DNA of 64,000 bases from Trichoplax adhaerens (lineage: Eukaryota; Animalia; Placozoa): assembly GCF_000150275.1 (NCBI RefSeq), contig NW_002060943.1, forward strand, positions 4,174,008 through 4,238,007. The letters run 5' to 3'. Under the pieces are notes generated by a model that ran no database searches, had not been told where the DNA came from, and saw nothing but the letters and a program-made list of their open reading frames with translations. Each line of letters opens with the position of its first letter. Positions within the stretch are counted from its first letter, which is position 1. This document shows, in pieces, positions 39,901 through 54,613 of this stretch. The position numbers were made by a program, and so were the translations under genes.

Positions 39901-42618
39901 TAATTATGTGCGAACAAGAAAAATCAAATCGTCGGTTGAAGGAGAAACTGGCTTCGTGTGAAAATCAGATAAAATTGCAAGAGACCTTTTTGAAAGAGCA
40001 TTTACAAAGTCAGGGTAAATAATAGCATTTACCGACTATTCCCTGCCATATTATGTGATACTTCTTCAATTCTTTAGTATTCGTTTTTGCACCTTGATGT
40101 TACACGATCTACACTTATTAAGTAGAGGGTGTTGTCTGTATAAGTTTTTTAGCTAATTGTTGTACTTTATACCGCTAGATTCTTTGGATCTTTATGTGTC
40201 TGAATGTACTCTTTTATCCCGTCAACCGTTTAAAAGTCCGGATAAAAAAAATAAAAAGGCAATTTCTTAAATTCAAGAATTGATACTTTATAGGATACAC
40301 TACAGATAACGTCGGAAAACTTATTAACCTCTGTTTTAATGTATACGTCAATTAGCATCGTCGGAAGACTTTTAGTCCAAATGAATTAATGTTCATACCT
40401 GATACCCGTATTAGTACTAAGAATTTAGAGTCCTTGTACCAAGAACGAAGTAACGGTAAAATATAAATAACAAATTGCTGCATTTGGATTTACCAAATGG
40501 AAATAAATTTCCACAGATTGACTGTGATCTTTACTTAAAGTTATATTACAACCGTATCGTTGATTTTATGCTAGCCCATTAAGGTCTTTATCAGTTAACT
40601 TGTATATTAGAAATGTCGTATATATGTCTACATCTATACTACATAATGACAAACTTTTTCCTATAGTAATTGAAAAATCTTCCGATTCTCATGGGCGGAG
40701 GGAGAGCGATAGTTACCCTTACAATAGGACAAGGTATATTGCTCTGCCAGATTTACTTTTTCCGTCAGCTCTTGAATTAATCTAAACTAGAATAAATATA
40801 AATCTTGCGAATGTCTAGTTCTATGAGTTCTAATAGTCGTGACGGTCGATTAAGTGTATTCGAACGATTAACTCCTGATATTGGAACGAGAGAATCTGAC
40901 AGGTAAGAAGTATGAATTTAAGCGGTGTTCGTATCGGTTAGATCGTTTATATCTTTTATTTGTACTCGGATTAGGGGGAAGTTTGTGGCGATCAAAAGTT
41001 CTACTTCTAATAACTCTAATTCGGCTATGAATTGCGTCTATGAAGCTCGTGGACATACTTCTGCCGTACTTTGTTTAGATTGTACGAAAGATTTATTATT
41101 TAGTGCTTCTAAAGATGGAACTGTTAAAATGTGGGATACTGGAACTGGTCAAGAAATAACAACTTTGGGCAAAGGTTACGTAAAGGACTTAGTTGCTATG
41201 CAGTTTAGCGAAAACTTGGGATTATTATTTATAGCTAATAAAACAAATATAACGGTGAGACATATACTGCCCTTAAAGCTGATATATTGTGGATTGCATG
41301 ATCTCATCACTACCACAATAATGTACATCTCGATAATAGGTATGGGATCCGCGGGAAAATCCTGATAGATGTATACATATGTTAAGGTTTGGGATAAGTA
41401 TTAAGTGTGTGGTATTTTTGAAAAATGGGTACAAGATTTGTTTTAAAAATTATATTCTAATTTAATTTTATCGTGTTTTTTGCTGAAATATGGTATTTAC
41501 ATAAATAAATTACTTAGCCTTACGAACACTTCTATATCAAACGGAGGTATAAGAGAAGTCTCTGCTGGACGTCAAATTAACGATATCAAAATTATCAGCA
41601 GAAGTGAACAATTAATTTCAACTGACGGCAATTTTCTAAGAATTTGGGATATTAGAAAATTTAATTGCATTACGAAATTAATAACCAACCATAAAGCCGC
41701 GATTACAACTGTTGCTATTGCTGATAATGCTACAGACAACTTCTTGTCTGTGGCAACGGGATCGAAAGATCATTCCATCAAGGTACTACTTTTCCTAATT
41801 TTTTTACTATAATCTGCGTGTGTTTTGTCGTTACGAAATCTTGTTATATCAGTTCCTACAATTTACAATTTTATTTATCGTTCACTCTACGTTTAAGCTA
41901 TTGCATATTACAAACTCTGGTAGCGATATCCAGGTATAAAATTGCATCTATTTATATGCTGTGCTAAATAATGCTCTTTGTAACGTGATTCTAATCACTT
42001 AATGATTACAGTATGTAAAACACGATTTGGAACCCCCACACTATGATGGAGTGCAAGCTGTGAAGATTGTAAAAGATCAAGTTTTCAGTAGTTCACGAGA
42101 TAGTACTATCAAGCAATGGAATACAACAACTTGTGAATTTGTGCAGGTTTGTTATAAAACTATAAGATGTCAGTGGATGAGATGCTGCAATAAATTAGCG
42201 CTGTTAAAAGAAAATCTAATGTTTTAATACTAGTCGCAACAGTCTGCGAATAAAGATTGGGTTACTACCCTAAATTATTTACCTTCAAGAGAACGCCTTA
42301 TTAGTGGCTGTCGAAGCGGTGCATTACATTTGTGGGATATTGAAAGTCTTGCTTGTGTGGGTAAGAGACATTTCCCATTTATAATTTGGACTAAAAGTTG
42401 AAGGAGGATACATGTCATCATTTTTATTTTAGAAAATTTTAAAGCCCACCCTCATTGTATAAATTCTATCGTGGTTAGCTGTAATTACGCTTTTACCTCA
42501 TCAAGGTATGCATAAGTGATCTATTTTAATCCTATCCTGAATATTTACTAAATTTTATTGTTATTCTTTATTCAGTGATGGTATAATCAAGGTTTGGTCG
42601 ATCAACGAATCATCTTAA
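30985..42618 (+). CDS. KIF21A: Kinesin-4 family KIF21A/B-like motor with coiled-coil stalk and C-terminal WD40 repeats; about 36 exons
   Basis: Exon 1 30985-31031 ([16 protein letters not shown]) splices in phase to 34322 ([13 protein letters not shown]...KAFTYDFVF). P-loop [14 protein letters not shown] at 34681-34967, switch [12 protein letters not shown] at 35570-35782, switch [21 protein letters not shown] at 35968-36105, [19 protein letters not shown] at 36212-36430. WD40 motifs [10 protein letters not shown]...[12 protein letters not shown] and LEPPHYDGV. Stop TAA at 42616-42618. Confidence 0.95.
31280..31770. repeat. Degenerate ~115-150 bp tandem repeat (KIF21 intron 1)
   Basis: ccatccat...ctcact...ggtcaacaaatac blocks occur about 4 times. 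Confidence 0.8.
33570..33960. repeat. ~195 bp tandem duplication (KIF21 intron 1)
   Basis: taataacaagtaaa...atacatttccatcgaagtgatcaacaccaaag...ccagactagtactcctattttcc at 33570 and 33765. Confidence 0.9.
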
Positions 42619-44529
42619 AACTCTTTGCTATGCATAAATTTCCCGATTTCATTACATTTACTCGTTTACGCGAACTCAAGATCAACTGAATATTTATATT
42701 AATTTTAAAAGAATTTATAATACATTTATCAAGCTTTAATAAACATTTGTATGATTTTCATAAATAAGCTGCAGTACTTAAGCAAAAGATGGACAATTTT
42801 TATGAAGTGTAATCACACATATGGATGAAAATATGGTGTGCAGTCAGTCTCTATTATTGACATGAAAGCGGAATGTTTTGCATTTCAGTATTAAATTCTC
42901 TTAGGATTTTATAAGAAATTTAGTGACGCGTATGAATTTGTATCTATAATAATTTTCTTCAAGAGATATTATAGTAGCATAAATACTTTATGAAGTTCAT
43001 AGTTATTCTATTTAAAAATGTATTATCATTATCACTTTTGCATAATTCTTGTACATATCGTATTAATGATATAAAGATTCCACATTACTTCATGCTTGAT
43101 TGTATCCCTATTATTGTAAATACGGTAAATTGGAAATGCTAGAGATGGATTATTAGATTTATTGTTAACATTGGCCGACGTACCATCATAAACTAGCACA
43201 TTTACTCGCTGTATGTGTAGATATCTCAATTTTATTAATAAAAATCATCTTGATATGCTGTTGTATTAATTGAATAATGCTACTACTATCAATAATTTAA
43301 TTATAATTGATGTATCTTCCGTTCTATTTCAGTCACAGGAAGTTGTTGAATCGGACTCTAACATGCACTATGACAACGTTGCAGGCTGATACCTCTTCTC
43401 TTCGTCATTTAAAATTTTTGCTTATGATTTTTATTGCAGACATGCATGGCTTTATTTAGATAATTTATAATCCTGTAAGTTACAAATGTATCGTAATATA
43501 TAAGCGATATATAACAGTCATCTATACAATCAGAGCTTCGCCAAAAATTAGTGCTATTGCGATCGCACTATATATGCATATTAACATACGAGTATAACAT
43601 AATACGTGTAAAATGACTAGCCTAACGACAAGAAATGATTTAATTTGAAGTAGATTGCAACACGCATGAGACGCGAGAGATAGCCTTAAGTTCTATACGC
43701 AATTTATAATTATATATATTAGAGCGGCTTATACTACAAGTATATCAATATTATTACTTTCATCAGATGTTTCTTAAGCTATTTAACCTTTTCAAGCTTT
43801 ACAACAGCGCACTCAACTTACCGGTGTTGATTTGCTCTCATTAACCGTTAAATAAATTTTATAAATACCTAGGTAAGTTATGTTTGCCTGGTGTTCTTCT
43901 AAGGTCTACATTAAGCTCCTAATTTTTCAAAGCTGATTTGTATCGAAAAACTTATATCAAAAGGAAGCCCAGATTAGAAAACTTTTTATCGTTTGAGTAC
44001 AATATAATTAAATTAAAAAACCGTTGAATGATTATAACGATCAGGCAATTAGGAAATGAGAAAGCTTACAACTTTGCTAATTATATATTAGTTTTGCCAA
44101 TGTATAGTATCGTGCGTCATATTTTGCCTTTAACGAGTTTTGCGATTTGTAGTTTTAAAAATATTAGTTAATACTTTTACAATCGATTTCAGTTGCACTA
44201 ATCCTGGGTACGCATAAATTACAGAATATGGAAGTATCTATACAGATATAATAGTTTGTATCAAAGGGGTCAAGTAACACCTAAATCGATAGTTTGCAAC
44301 GCCCACACATCGTGGAGCAACATCTTAGCATTATTAATGGTATGATTAATTATTAAAGGAATTATTTAATATACTGTGCTATAATTTAAGTCTGATAGAG
44401 GTAAAATAGTTTAATTAACTTAATTTCACGTGTTTAAAAACATTCCTCGTACAAAGTTAGATTTTTGTATAGTACAGCTCAGGGATTGGCGGTAAGACTG
44501 GACATGACAAATAAAATGGTGCATATTAA

Positions 44530-47500
44530 TCACGATAAATCAGTATCAATAGTTAGGAATTCTGCTGACATAGATCCATCTTGAGCATCTTGTATGACTT
44601 GCGAAAGTTCCACTCTAAGATACTATTGATGGTTTGGTAAAGTTATTTTCATAGCCAGTTATTAATCGAATCTTAACTAGATTGATGAAGAAACTACTTA
44701 CTTGAAAAATAAACGACGGGCCTCCAGCGGTGACCTCAGCAGGTAAACGAGAGAGCGGACAGCCTTCAACACTCATTAAATGCAATGATTCACACATTGC
44801 TAACTCCAAAGGTAAATCATTCAACTCTTCATTGTCATTTAAGTACAATTGTTCCAGAGACTTTAAATTACCTAATAATAAAGTTTTTTTAACATGTAAC
44901 CTTATCCTGTCATAACTAATATGGAATTCAGTACCCAGATACCTATTTCTTCGGGAATTGACATCAGTCTATTTTCACCAGCAGCTAGATACATTAGCTT
45001 AGAAAGTTTTCTAACAGTAAACAAGGTTTGGAATTTTGTTAAAGTCAGAAGAATCAGCAATTTTAATTAAATAGAATTGCCCACTATAGGAAATTTAAAA
45101 TACTATAACATATCTTACCCTATTTCTTTAGGCAGTTGGGTCAATAAATTATTATTTGCAACTAATCGTGTTAGCATAGACATGTCACCTTATAATCCAA
45201 AATTAAAATGTACTTAAGAAATATCACAAAGATTGAGACAAACTAGGCATTGGGTATACGAATATTATACCAATCTCAGGCGGGAGGAACTCTAGTTCAT
45301 TTTCTTCAATTTCAAGAACTCTAAGTTTTTGCAAAGCTGGTAGAGCATTCTGTGGTAATGACGTTAGCATATTATTGCTTAGGATTAGAACTTCTAAGTT
45401 TACAAGATTTTCAAGGTCGTCTGAAAGGTTCGTAGAAAGCGATTTTAGGGAATAGATTTTATCATCATAACAAGCATTAACAATTAATGAGAGAATTAAA
45501 TGTGTAGCAAGAAAATTACCTGATATGCTTCCGAGATGATTTGTTCCTAAGTTAAGTTCAGTTAGGCTAGTCCAAGTTCCAAAATCTAGGAGTCGTCATC
45601 AAATAGTAGTAAGCACTTACATGACTATATATTTGTTCTCTAAGTAAATTTAATCATTACCTGGCGGTAAAGATGCCAGTTGGTTGTCTTTCAAATTGAG
45701 TGAATTCTGTAAGAGATTTAAAAGTTAGCTAAATCTGTATAAATAACAAATAAGTGTGCCAGTGAAAAGTGTTACATTTTTAGATTAAATTCAAGATTGA
45801 ATTTTATGCCTTGCAAGACTTACCAGTAGTTTAGCTAATTTGAAAATATTAGACGGAATTCTCTCGATCCGATTGTGTTCGATTACGATAGACTATTTCG
45901 ATACATATTAGACAAAAATAATTATTTGTCAAAGGTATAGGTTGCCATAGAAATTATTGCATTGCAAGTCATTTACATTTGATAGAGAAATTGTATTTCA
46001 GAAACCTGAGTAAATGCAAATTGACTTGGATTTCCGGCAGGAAGTTCATGGAATTTATTTCTAGATAACTGGATTGACTTTAAAGATCTCATTCGTATTA
46101 GTGAATTCACCTAGTTTAAGGAATAACTTGGTCAAATGCGAGAGAATTCAAGTATGTTTTGATATTGAATAATTCGAATAAACTTCAATAGTTAATATTA
46201 ATACCGGTAACTCCGATATATTATTGCCCTCTGCATTAAATTCTTCTAATAATCCAATATTAGAAATAGATGGGGGAACACTGTTTAATCTATTATATCT
46301 GTGTAGGCAAAAGAGTTTCGTGAATGTTACCAATTTAATTCATGCCGCGATTATAGAATTCCAATATTACAATGTACGCCATATTGAAAGGTTATAGATT
46401 GCGCTTTGACATTTGCGTAATATATATTTAATATACAGGTAAGGATTCGTAAACACACTTAATCTCTAGTCTTTTCAATGATCTTAAATTGCCGATAGAA
46501 GCAGGAATTTCTGTTAGCTCATTATGCTGCAAATCCAACGATGTTAACTGAAGGCAATTGCCTATTTCTATGGCAAAAAATGAGAAAACATGGTGAACTA
46601 TGAAGTTTTGCAAGAATTTTGCAAATATGGGTTTATTACCAGATGGGATTTCTTCCAAATGATTGTAAGAAACATCGAATATTACTAACATTCGAAGATT
46701 GCCTGATACACAAAGAACATTGGTTAATAATCATATGGTATGAATAGATAAGTGCGACATGAATTTACTTGCTGAATGCTAGAAGTTTGTGATTCCTACC
46801 TATACTTGAAGGTAACTTTCTTATTTTATTTTCTCTTAAGCTGATCAAGTTCAATCTCTAAGATGTTTTATAGTAGTTTGTCAAATTAAGCGTTTATGAC
46901 TTCGACAATGGTTAGCAAAATGTTTGCAAAGACTAATTAATTATAGCAAAAATAGATGCAGAAATTGACTTGAGCATACTGATAAGTTATCAATTTCGCG
47001 ATCGACTTCGGTAATACGATTGAAACGTAATAGCAATGTTTCCAGGGAAATTAATTCATATATAACAGTCGGAATCTAAATAGAAATAGAAATGAAGCTG
47101 TAATCTCTTGGATATAGTGCAATTGTATTAAGATAAAAAAATTTACATACATCTTTCAATTTGTTATGTCTCATATCTAAAACAGTCAGCCTTTTAAGCT
47201 TCTCAAATGAATCTGTACAAAGTTATAGAGATACATGAATTAAGAGTATCGTCTAAATATAACACAGATTGATGATTATGAAATCTAGTTTGCTTTCACG
47301 TGAATGAAGATTCTATTACTTGCCTGGTAATGTTGTTATCGAATTTTCACTCAATGATAATTTGTTAAGATTTACTAAGTTTCCCATTTCATTCGGTAAA
47401 ACACTAATTCGATTGCCATATAAATACAATTCCGTCAATTGAGTCAGCTAGAGCGAGGTTAAAGAAATATAATAATAAGCTTTGAATCAATATCTTGCAA

Positions 47501-50500
47501 TCCTTCCTATCAGCACTAGACATTTAAAATTATAACGATAGATAAACTTTAAGCAAAAAATTGTTGATTATTATGACTAAGATTTCATCCTGCTAACATA
47601 TATGGTTAATAGATCTGCAATTTAGTAATTTGAACCTAAAACATGACTTTATTTTTCACATAAAGGTATTGATATTAAGTTAGAATACATATAACTATCT
47701 TTAAACTTGTAAAATTATCTTTAACATCTCTAATAGTGTTACTTTAGACTAGGAACATCTACACAAAAGCTACGATTTAGTAATAGATAGATAAATAGAT
47801 TTCAAGTGAGTAGCTATTCCATTAATATCAGTATAAAAACGAGATATGGAATGTACGATAATTTATTTTCTCGTTCATTTCAACAATGCAAAATTTCTAT
47901 CTTATATTATTACTTACGTCTTTGACACTCAGCGGTACTGAAACTATCTATAAAATTGAAAAAAAATATTGTACATATTTATTTATACTCGTACCTAATA
48001 TAACCAATAAATACATTAATCCTACTAGTATACGTACTTAATTGTCTAACATACGAGTATGTTAAGAATGTAAGGATGTATTCAGAAAATACGATTACTA
48101 GTTTTGCTTATTTCTATATTTTATTGCTTGCACGATTAAGTAAAAATGATAACAGTTTTTCAAGAACAATCCTCTCGTATTTATATCAACCAAAGTTATC
48201 ATTATTGTTCAAAATAGCACAATGCTCGTTAGTGGCATCTTAATAAAATGACAATTGTTCGAAATAATTTCACTTTTTAACACAAAAGCAGTATCCTATC
48301 TATGATTATTATGCTAGTACATTCAGGTATCGTAGTGACGTCAGGCTTTATATTAATCATTTCGATATCATAGCTACATTTGATTTTTGAGAAGAAAATT
48401 CATTGCGCTCTGGTCTGTACGGACTGTGCTAAGATGTTATAGTTAAGCGTTAATAATTTTCATGTTAGGGTAAAAAAACGAAAAAAGTATTAAGTAAGAT
48501 TCAGGATAAATACTTAAACTCTACATACTGTAATTAGAAAAGCAATACTGGAGTGGACGATATGTCTACAAATGTAAATTACAAGGTAAATTATGAGAAA
48601 TAATCTTTTACATTCTTAAAAAAGAAATGATTTTGGGTGGAAATGGTTCAATTATATATTTAGTGCTAATCATCTTTGCTACATGTTTTTTATTAAATGA
48701 ACAAGCTATGGACGACGTACTGTGTAATACAGTGTATAGTATTGATATCCCGATCAAAGATATCTATTAATGATAGTATGATAAATTGTATAATGTACAG
48801 TATCAGTAAAACCTTTAGTATAAGCATTAGATGCACAAATAAATTTGTACAAAGACAATATTAAAATTTGGAGATGAAACTACAGTAATATCATTATTTA
48901 ACGGTAAGGATTCCAACATACAAACGTTTTTAAAAATTCATTTATCTTTATTAAGTAGTAAATGGATTCGGAACGGACGGTGTAATATATTGTATCGATT
49001 TTGTTATGCCATAAACATTACTATTACTAAAAAATTGAATAATAGAGTGTTACGGAGCAAAGCACCGTACTTGCTAATTAGATTTTGTCAGTATTTAGCT
49101 AATGGATCATATTGGTAATTATTAGATCGTGTACGAGAAGGTACTCGGCTACTCTACTAATAAAAACTATACTAATCTTTTAGAACAGTCTTATCCCTGT
49201 GTGACCGAAAGTAGTAAAGAACTACCACACAGTAGATCTCCAGGTGTAGTGGAGCAAGGCATATGTAATCTATTAGTTTAGTGTAGTAGTTCGCAACATA
49301 AGTTTGTGACAGAGTATCCAGAATCCTCTGGGATATTGATATTTCATTGAAAAAATGAATTAGATATACATATAATCCATTGAAGTGTATCTCTCATTAA
49401 TCAGCAATCATGTAGACATAGCGATTATTTGGCTACAAGTTCGTAAAGTTTAAAAATGCGGATAACTGTTAATCTTTGTCATATAAACAAAACTATCATA
49501 TGAATAATCAACGGATAATACTTTACTTCTGTCTCGGATATGATTTCAAGAAAAAGATATACGCGGTAGTAAAATAATAGGAATAGATATTGAACCGATA
49601 AATATTTTCTAATCAACAGTGATTGTCTTGTACTTCACAATTATTTTTTATTTACACTATACATATGAAACACTAGGTTACCACGGTTTTTCTTTTCATT
49701 GAATTCTATTAACATTTCAGTAATATTTATATGTACGAAAACAGGTAAGGATGTTAATAAATAGTACACGTACAATATACGACGCGAAAATGCGATAAAT
49801 TGTATATCATTGTGGTAATGATATCCTATTGGCGTACGTTTTCGGTAGTGTATTGTACATTCTACTAACACAACACAATGCATAAAAAGTATTTTAAGTG
49901 GCATTTTGATTCTACTCTTGACTTCCGATCATCGTATTTGGTTGAAGCAAAGCTATCGTAAATTAAATTCATGATGATGATAAATCAACTCAATCTATTT
50001 TCTAATGTTACTATGTATCAAGGGTCAAAAATGGTAGAAAAAAGAAAGCGAAAACATAATAAAGCTCAATAATAATAAATCTTAAGCGCATAGTAACGTC
50101 GATTATACAGTACATTAGCTGTGAAGCTGCATTTCGATTAAGAGAAAAAACAGAGGCATTGTAATGTATAATAATCCACCATTGGCAGACATTAGGATAA
50201 ATGAGATCAACTTTTAAATAAAAAAAAATCAATATTTTTAAACACCAAAGTCAATTTAATGCAAAAGAGGATCAGTCTATTATTAAATATTTGATGCTTG
50301 TACAATGTACTCGTACTCGTACTCTAGTAAGTATCTTATCAGCCTAATTTTTTTTATTTCATTTCCTACAGTTGACTGCAACAGTAGCAAGAATACATCT
50401 GCTTGAATATTTTATACTTGAATAGAATTAAATATAGCCTTGAATTATAAAGGAGTAATAGATATAAATTAAAAGAAAACGTCTTGTTTGTTGCATTGGC

Positions 50501-53500
50501 GCTCAGGTTACATCTAAGTACAACTTTCAAACTAACTCTGTTAACTTAGCTGTTGTTGTTACATTACCGATGTGCATGTATAATTGTATATCCGTGCTAT
50601 CATAACCTAATTTTAGTAGTATACTCGTATCACTTTACTGACGTTCAATTTTATCGATGATTACCAGATAATTATAATAACTAGGTACAAATGATAGGAT
50701 ATACGTTATCGAACTAAACCGTATGTCAACTGTAATTTATCAATTGCCTAAACATCGATTTCATTACTATTTCCGCTACTCAATTTTTCACAGTAAGAAT
50801 ATTTGAAAAAGTTCTTTTATGTAATTTTTGATACTCAGCGTCTTTCTTGGATTGCATCGTCTCGAAATAAGAGGGTGGTCATAGATCGCTGATACGACAT
50901 ACAGTAGTTGATCAGTAAAATATGCACAAAGGGGATTTGTTGAACTATTATTTTTATCGCTTTCTGAATATTGTAGACTATACCGTAGACAATATGTCAA
51001 GCGTAATGTTTTTTACACAATCTTATTTAAAACAGATAAAAAAAATGAAGGCTGTTCATATATATATGTAGTGTTGTTGTCAGTAAGACTTGTGTCGTTA
51101 TGATGATCATCATGGATACGCGTAGAAAGATCATTTTATAATAAAGCAGCATTAATGAATAGAAATTCGTAAATTATCATTGGAAGGGATAAAAAATAAA
51201 ACTACTATCCTTATGCTTTGTATTTAGTAATTGGTACCATCTAAGATCACATGCAATTTTCTCGATAATAGCCGGTATTAATTTAGTTAATAGTGTTTAG
51301 TCAGGCTCAGTGAAATACGATAATTACTTGCACGAACATGGATGACTAATCCAGTTATAATGAAAAGATCTATACACGCATTCTATGAAAGATTTTAAAT
51401 TTTTAGATCTATCCTGATTCACCCTATTTTTCTTTACTAGCAACGTTTTAAACATATAATATGCGGTATGTCGAATGATTATTCCGAAATATTAAAATGA
51501 AATCCAGTAATAAAGTACGGTAGATCAACTACAGACAGCTAAAACGTTTGGATTAACAAAGGATGGATATATACTGTACCCGGTAAGTATGATCTTTTGT
51601 TAAGCTAGAAAGGCAATATCAGAAAATTGTCAGAAGCTGTACTATAATGGACATTGTGCACGATCATTTTAGTAAGCCATATCGGTATTTTGATACTCCT
51701 ATCAAACTTTAGTTCATCATCATGATAACAAATTATAATAATCGGTCAATCTAGAAAAAGATTACGTACTGTACTGTAGTGGCCTTTTAAATGTGTAACG
51801 CGTACTTGTAAAATTATCGTCGTTCGTCATGAGTATAACATGTTGTACGTAGCATACAATGCAAGACAACTTTCCTTTATATTTACTTAAAAGAAATAAT
51901 AAAAGAGAGAAATAGATGAAGTTTATGTGTAAGAAAAAAATATTTTAGAGTATCAAATATCGAACATGATGCATTCTGGAGTAAGATAAAGCTGGTAATA
52001 TTGAAAAAAAGTTTGTTGATATTTGTTGGCAATCCCGGAGGTAAACAAACCTATTCTATCTTTTTTACTCATTTTAACCTTTCCAATACAATAGTTCTTC
52101 GTAGACAGTACTTTAGAGTCAAAGTCCGAAATCACTTTAGACGGTTAAGTCATATTAATTTATTTTATGAGTTATGCGGAGTTCAATTATTGATAACGAT
52201 GATATTAGGAGTAGAACAATAAAGTATTGAGGTATGCATCCGTGCCATCAGGCATAACTTTCGTTAGAGCAATTTCTAGTAGAATCGTCACTTTTAAAAC
52301 TAAGGTCTATTTAACGACTACCTTGGTCGAAGGATAAGCGAAAAGGTAGTACAGTTTGAAATATGATCAATTAATATTATGTTTTATAAATGATCAAATG
52401 AGATTTATCGAAATACTGGCTTAATAGAGAAAAATACGGACATAGCAAAGGGCAATTAGAGTGCCATCATAGGTATTTAACATGGCGAGAACTTGTAAAA
52501 ACATGTACTTGATTTAAATGTAGGAATAATCAAGCAACATCTCGAACGTTGCCTTTTTTACTCGTACAAATATATATCTGGAGTAGAAAAAGTAAAATCT
52601 GTCCTATGCTAGGTCGTCGTCTACACGTAGTAAATTAAATTCTATAGTGGACTGGATAAAAATCGCTAGCAATGCACATAAATCGAGTGCTTGCACCTGT
52701 ATGGTAGATACTTTTCAGCCGGTAACAGCAAGATAATGATGATAACAATAATTGTTTAAAGTTTATTCTGCTACTGCATTAAGCTGTCTAGTACTGTGCT
52801 GTACTGTACTATATGTATGTACAGTAGTCTACACTCTACAGTATACTCGTCTATACAGTATATATATATATATATATATATACGTACAGTATACTGTATA
52901 TGACGTATATATACGCGTACACATAATGCAAGTGGATCACTGCTAAGACTAAAAGAAAATTATCTAAATTAACGGTCAATATTACTGCAACATACCTCCA
53001 TCTTGCTAAGATTTAAACGAGTAGAATATTGGTCACGGCATTGCGATAATTCCTTTGCAATCTCCTAAGATGTTGAAAAATTGAAAAAACTGGTGTTATA
53101 CTACCAGAGTGCATAATACGTAGCAAATGCTGATAGTATTTGTCTAACAATAATTAATCTTTTCATTTGGCTAAATAAAAAGTTAAATGTAAAACTTTAT
53201 GTGTCTTTTTTTCTCAATATAGCGATTGTCAAGGTTATAATATAGCACCACATTACTGGATAATATGTTGATATTACATAATTTAATTTTTAATTTTTAA
53301 AAAATATGACATGATGTTACTATGGAATAAAAATCTACAATTTTTTATGTGGACGATAAGACATGCAATTATGATACTGTTAGCAGTTAAATTATGAATA
53401 GAAGGGACATCAAGCATAAATTGAGTAAAACAGTAATTTGAAGTCGACTGTTGTATCGTTATATCATGGATCTAAGTTGGTTCATTAGCAGTGAAAATGT

Positions 53501-54613
53501 ATGAGCCAGAAAAGGATGAAGGAAGTAGTTGATCCTATAACTGCAAGATTATGAATTTGTGATCAGCAGTCAATACGCGTATACTGAAGTACTGTAGTAT
53601 AAGAGCGGGCAACCAAAATTGTTGCTATTTATTTATAAAATATTAAAAATTGCATGCATATAGACAACATAGGATTTCTACTGCAGGTAACTATAAGTAT
53701 ACTATGAGTATATGAATTTTTGCCATTTTTGAGGAGTTGATTGAAACCGTCCATGGCTACAATCATCTTGCACGCATTCCTAATGCGTGCAAGAATACAA
53801 GCTAGAATTGGATATTCACGAGCTTAACAACAGAGCGAGTGACAACGTTATGTTCGGTAGAATTCAAAGTCTTTGCCTTATAGTACACACTTATCCTGTT
53901 ATGCGGAAGCTAGGTATACAGTACAAGGAATGAATCAACATTTAGTTCGTAATGTCCTTTACATTATCAGGCTGTTGGAAGATTGACTACGATATCTTTC
54001 GTCCGATGCCATGATTGTAGAGTACAGTGCATTTGTTGTGAATAAAAGTGGTAAGAGAAAGATTGGACTCAGTTCATAGACAATCTAAAGTTATGATTGG
54101 CATCATGTTATTGATGTACTATAGAGTTAAGCTACCCACTAATTCAATATTCATATCAAACTCATCAGTCGTCGACACAAGTTGCATTAACGGTTCTCAA
54201 TATTACAGTACTGTTATCTCACTGTACATACTATTTTTGTAAAAGTATTTCAAAGCAATCATTTATTGATTGATTTTGTTGAATAAGATTGGTTTTCATT
54301 GCCATTTCTGATCTTGTAAAGTGCATGTATGACTACAAGATAGGCGAAGGTGCTCGTTGAGGATGATTGTGAAAGTAGTTTTATTTTTTGAAATGTGCTA
54401 GTATCATCAAAAATTCAAGAAGGCTCTTACCGCTTGACTTGAGGTAATGGATTGCTTTCTCTTATTCGTCGGTTTTGGTTTGAGTCCAGGTATACTGACG
54501 GTAACACGCTTTTTGGTTTCGTTATTTGCTGTGGCGGCTGCCATAGCGGCTACAGCTGATGCGTCTTCACTAAGTGAATTCCTGCCTTTACTTAACCTTC
54601 GAAATACTGCCAT
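44530..54613 (-). CDS. SHOC2: Leucine-rich repeat scaffold SHOC2/Sur-8; about 19 exons
   Basis: Exons 54431-54613, 52996-53064 ([21 protein letters not shown]), 47918-47947 and 47324-47447 ([14 protein letters not shown]...[12 protein letters not shown]), followed by LRR exons ([35 protein letters not shown]) to [19 protein letters not shown]...GGPSFIFQ. Last exon 44530-44622. Confidence 0.94.
52859..52882. repeat. (TA)n microsatellite
   Basis: About 12 TA units seen directly. Confidence 0.8.
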
